DNA of 18,309 nucleotides from Gemmatimonadota bacterium (GTDB lineage: Bacteria; Latescibacterota; UBA2968; UBA8231). Location: assembly GCA_038128265.1 (NCBI GenBank), contig JAYPJE010000072.1, positions 1 to 18,309 on the forward strand. Reading direction: 5' to 3'. Shown here piece by piece: positions 16,276 to 18,309 of the stretch; position 1 is the stretch's first letter, and each line of letters begins with the position of its first letter. A program made the position numbers and the translations under genes. The notes below the pieces were generated by a model. It saw only the letters and a program-made list of their open reading frames with translations. It was not told the origin of the DNA and ran no database searches.

Positions 16276-17406
16276 ATGACATCCGTTAGAAATTTGGGCA
16301 TCTTAACAGGCGGCCAACTGGGGCGCATGATGCTGCCCACCTGCATGCGCTTTGGCCTCAATGTGCACATCATGGACGGCGACCCTTCCGCCCCAGCCGG
16401 GGCGTTCTGCGGTCGCTTTGTGCAGGGCGATCCGCTCGACGCCGAAGCCGTATTCCAATTTGGCAAAGACCTCGACTGTGTGACGCTCGAGATCGAGCAC
16501 GTCAGCCTAGAGGGTCTCAAACAGCTCGAAGCGTCGGGCGTGCGCGTCTATCCCAAACCAGACTTGCTCGAAATTGTGCAGGACAAAGGGCTGCAAAAGC
16601 AGTTTTACCAGCAGCACGGCTTTCCGACGTCGCCGTTTGAGCTGGTCGAGGGACGATCGGAGATCACGGCAGACCGCTTTCGCTTCCCCGTGGTGCAAAA
16701 GAGCCGACGCGATGGCTACGACGGGCGCGGCGTCCAGGTGCTAGACACACCCGACGATATAGCAGATGCCTTTGACGTGCCCAGCGTAGTCGAGGACAAG
16801 GTCGATATCGCGCAGGAAATCAGCGTAATCGTCGCGCGCAGTCCCTCCGGCGAACTGCGCACCTTTCCCACGGTGGAAATGGTCGTGTCCGACGTCTCCA
16901 ATATGCTCGACTACTTGCTGTCCCCAGCGCGCCTTTCGCCCCAAATAGAGCGGCAGTGTATCGACGTAGCCGAATCGTTGGCCGTCGCGCTGGATTTGGT
17001 GGGCCTGCTGGCCGTGGAGCTCTTTGTGTCGCGCGACGGGCAGGTGCTCATCAACGAGATCGCGCCCCGGCCGCACAACAGCGGACACCACAGTATCGAG
17101 GCCAATATCACCTCGCAGTTCGAGCAGCACGTGCGCGCCGTGTGCGATTTGCCCCTAGGTGACACCGCGCTAAAATCGCCTGCGGTGATGGTCAACCTAG
17201 TCGGCGCCGAGGGCTATCAGGGCCCGGTGCGCTACGAGGGATTTGACCGCATACTCAGCATGCGCGACGTATTTATACATATCTACGGCAAAGCGGAAAC
17301 GCGGCCGTTTCGCAAAATGGGACACGTCACCATCGTTCGTTCGGATATCGACGAAGCCATTGATATCGCACAGCAAATAAAAAAGGAATTACAGGTTATC
17401 GCATGA
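16276..17406 (+). CDS. purK: N5-carboxyaminoimidazole ribonucleotide synthase
   Basis: GGQLGRM, EIEHV, QDK, GYDGRG, NEIAPRPHNSGH, SQFEQHVRA and YGK...RKMGH; directly upstream of purE. Confidence 0.96.
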   Translation: MTSVRNLGILTGGQLGRMMLPTCMRFGLNVHIMDGDPSAPAGAFCGRFVQGDPLDAEAVFQFGKDLDCVTLEIEHVSLEGLKQLEASGVRVYPKPDLLEIVQDKGLQKQFYQQHGFPTSPFELVEGRSEITADRFRFPVVQKSRRDGYDGRGVQVLDTPDDIADAFDVPSVVEDKVDIAQEISVIVARSPSGELRTFPTVEMVVSDVSNMLDYLLSPARLSPQIERQCIDVAESLAVALDLVGLLAVELFVSRDGQVLINEIAPRPHNSGHHSIEANITSQFEQHVRAVCDLPLGDTALKSPAVMVNLVGAEGYQGPVRYEGFDRILSMRDVFIHIYGKAETRPFRKMGHVTIVRSDIDEAIDIAQQIKKELQVIA

Positions 17407-17903
17407 GCAACGCACAGGTGGGCATTATCATGGGCAGCAAGTCGGACTTCGAAGTGATGAAGCAGGCCGGCGTCATACTCAAACAATTCGACGTGCCCTT
17501 TGAAATCACCGTCGTATCGGCGCACCGCACGCCGCAGCGCATGATGGACTACGCCGCAGCCGCCGAGGGCAAGGGACTGAAAGTCATCATCGCCGGGGCC
17601 GGCGGCGCGGCGCACTTGCCCGGCATGGTCGCCGCCAACACCCCGCTGCCCGTTATCGGCGTGCCCATCAAGTCGTCCAATTCGCTGGATGGCTGGGACT
17701 CGCTGCTGTCCATCGCGCAAATGCCCAAGGGCGTGCCCGTGGCTACCGTGGCCGTCGACGCAGCGGCCAACGCCGGCATTCTGGCCGCACAAATCTTAGC
17801 CACCGCACAGCCGGAGCTATTGGGCAAGCTTAAGGCGTTTAAAGCCGATTTGATCGATCAGGTCAACGGCATGATCGACGAAGTGGAAAGCGCAGAAATA
17901 TAG
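17403..17903 (+). CDS. purE: N5-carboxyaminoimidazole ribonucleotide mutase
   Basis: IIMGSKSD, SAHRTP, IAGAGGAAHLPGM and QMPKGVPVATV; ATGA overlap with purK. Confidence 0.97.
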   Translation: MSNAQVGIIMGSKSDFEVMKQAGVILKQFDVPFEITVVSAHRTPQRMMDYAAAAEGKGLKVIIAGAGGAAHLPGMVAANTPLPVIGVPIKSSNSLDGWDSLLSIAQMPKGVPVATVAVDAAANAGILAAQILATAQPELLGKLKAFKADLIDQVNGMIDEVESAEI

Positions 17904-18013
17904 TGCTGGTGGCGGGGCGCGGTTAAACGCGCTGCCAACTATAATCGATTACACGATACGTCGGCCGTACAGGTGAAGAACGGCAGCGTGACGAGCGCGC
18001 TTATCAATGCGCC

Positions 18014-18307
18014 TTATGGGCCGACCGAGTCCACAGCGTCGGTCGCGCTCGCTAGGTCACTGGCGTTGGCACAGCTGTAAATATTCATTAGAGCTTCCCG
18101 TCCCCTCACCTGCACCTGATGTTGATCCAAGCCCTCGGTATTGAACGCTGCGTGCGCTGCAATCTCTTCAGAAAAAATGAGCTGCGACGCGTATTCCTTG
18201 GTTAAGGATTCAAAGCGACTGGCCGTATTGACGGTATCTCCAATGGCGGTAATGGACTTTGAACGGCCGTATCCCATCTCGCCCAGAATAACTTTTCCCG
18301 CATGAAG
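18014..18307 (-). CDS. Class III adenylate/guanylate cyclase, C-terminal fragment (5' end outside the window)
   Basis: Frame is open to the window edge and reads LHAGKVILGEMGYGRSKSITAIGDTVNTASRFESLTK...VRGR, containing the GDTVNxASR catalytic motif. The Thr in ITAIG suggests ATP specificity. Confidence 0.9.
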   Translation of the reverse strand, partial: LHAGKVILGEMGYGRSKSITAIGDTVNTASRFESLTKEYASQLIFSEEIAAHAAFNTEGLDQHQVQVRGREALMNIYSCANASDLASATDAVDSVGP

Positions 18308-18309
18308 AC

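Noticed and set aside
17910..17945. Imperfect hairpin and a perfect TATAAT after purE, pointing antisense into the cyclase gene
   Set aside because: No -35 or TG extension, and no U-tract after the hairpin; insufficient evidence for an antisense promoter or terminator.

Overview
GC-rich, gene-dense bacterial chromosomal segment with 19 CDSs (two truncated at the window edges). I found no rRNA, tRNA, CRISPR array, transposase or integrase. Left to right: (1) a translationally coupled trio of a PhyH-type dioxygenase, an Asp-box beta-propeller and a ~600-aa uncharacterised protein with a possible lyase-like fold, followed by PhzF-family, GNAT and VOC genes; (2) a lower-GC membrane PAS sensor that ends in a Cys/His motif instead of a kinase or cyclase domain; (3) an atypical enolase-superfamily gene and a cupin, converging on a TIM-barrel sugar isomerase/epimerase; (4) dgcN-dgcA followed by a C39-like peptidase; (5) a stand-alone flagellin downstream of an O-antigen-ligase-family gene; (6) an SMP-30 gluconolactonase, purK-purE, and the 3' end of a class III nucleotide cyclase. 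The gene mix recalls scavenging lineages such as Latescibacterota (FCB-related), but that is inference only. No novel system can be proven from sequence alone. The best candidates are the dgcN-dgcA-C39 module, the output-less PAS/Cys-His sensor, the orphan flagellin with its ligase neighbour, the coupled operon at the left end, and a possibly switchable 5' leader at about 6480-6577.
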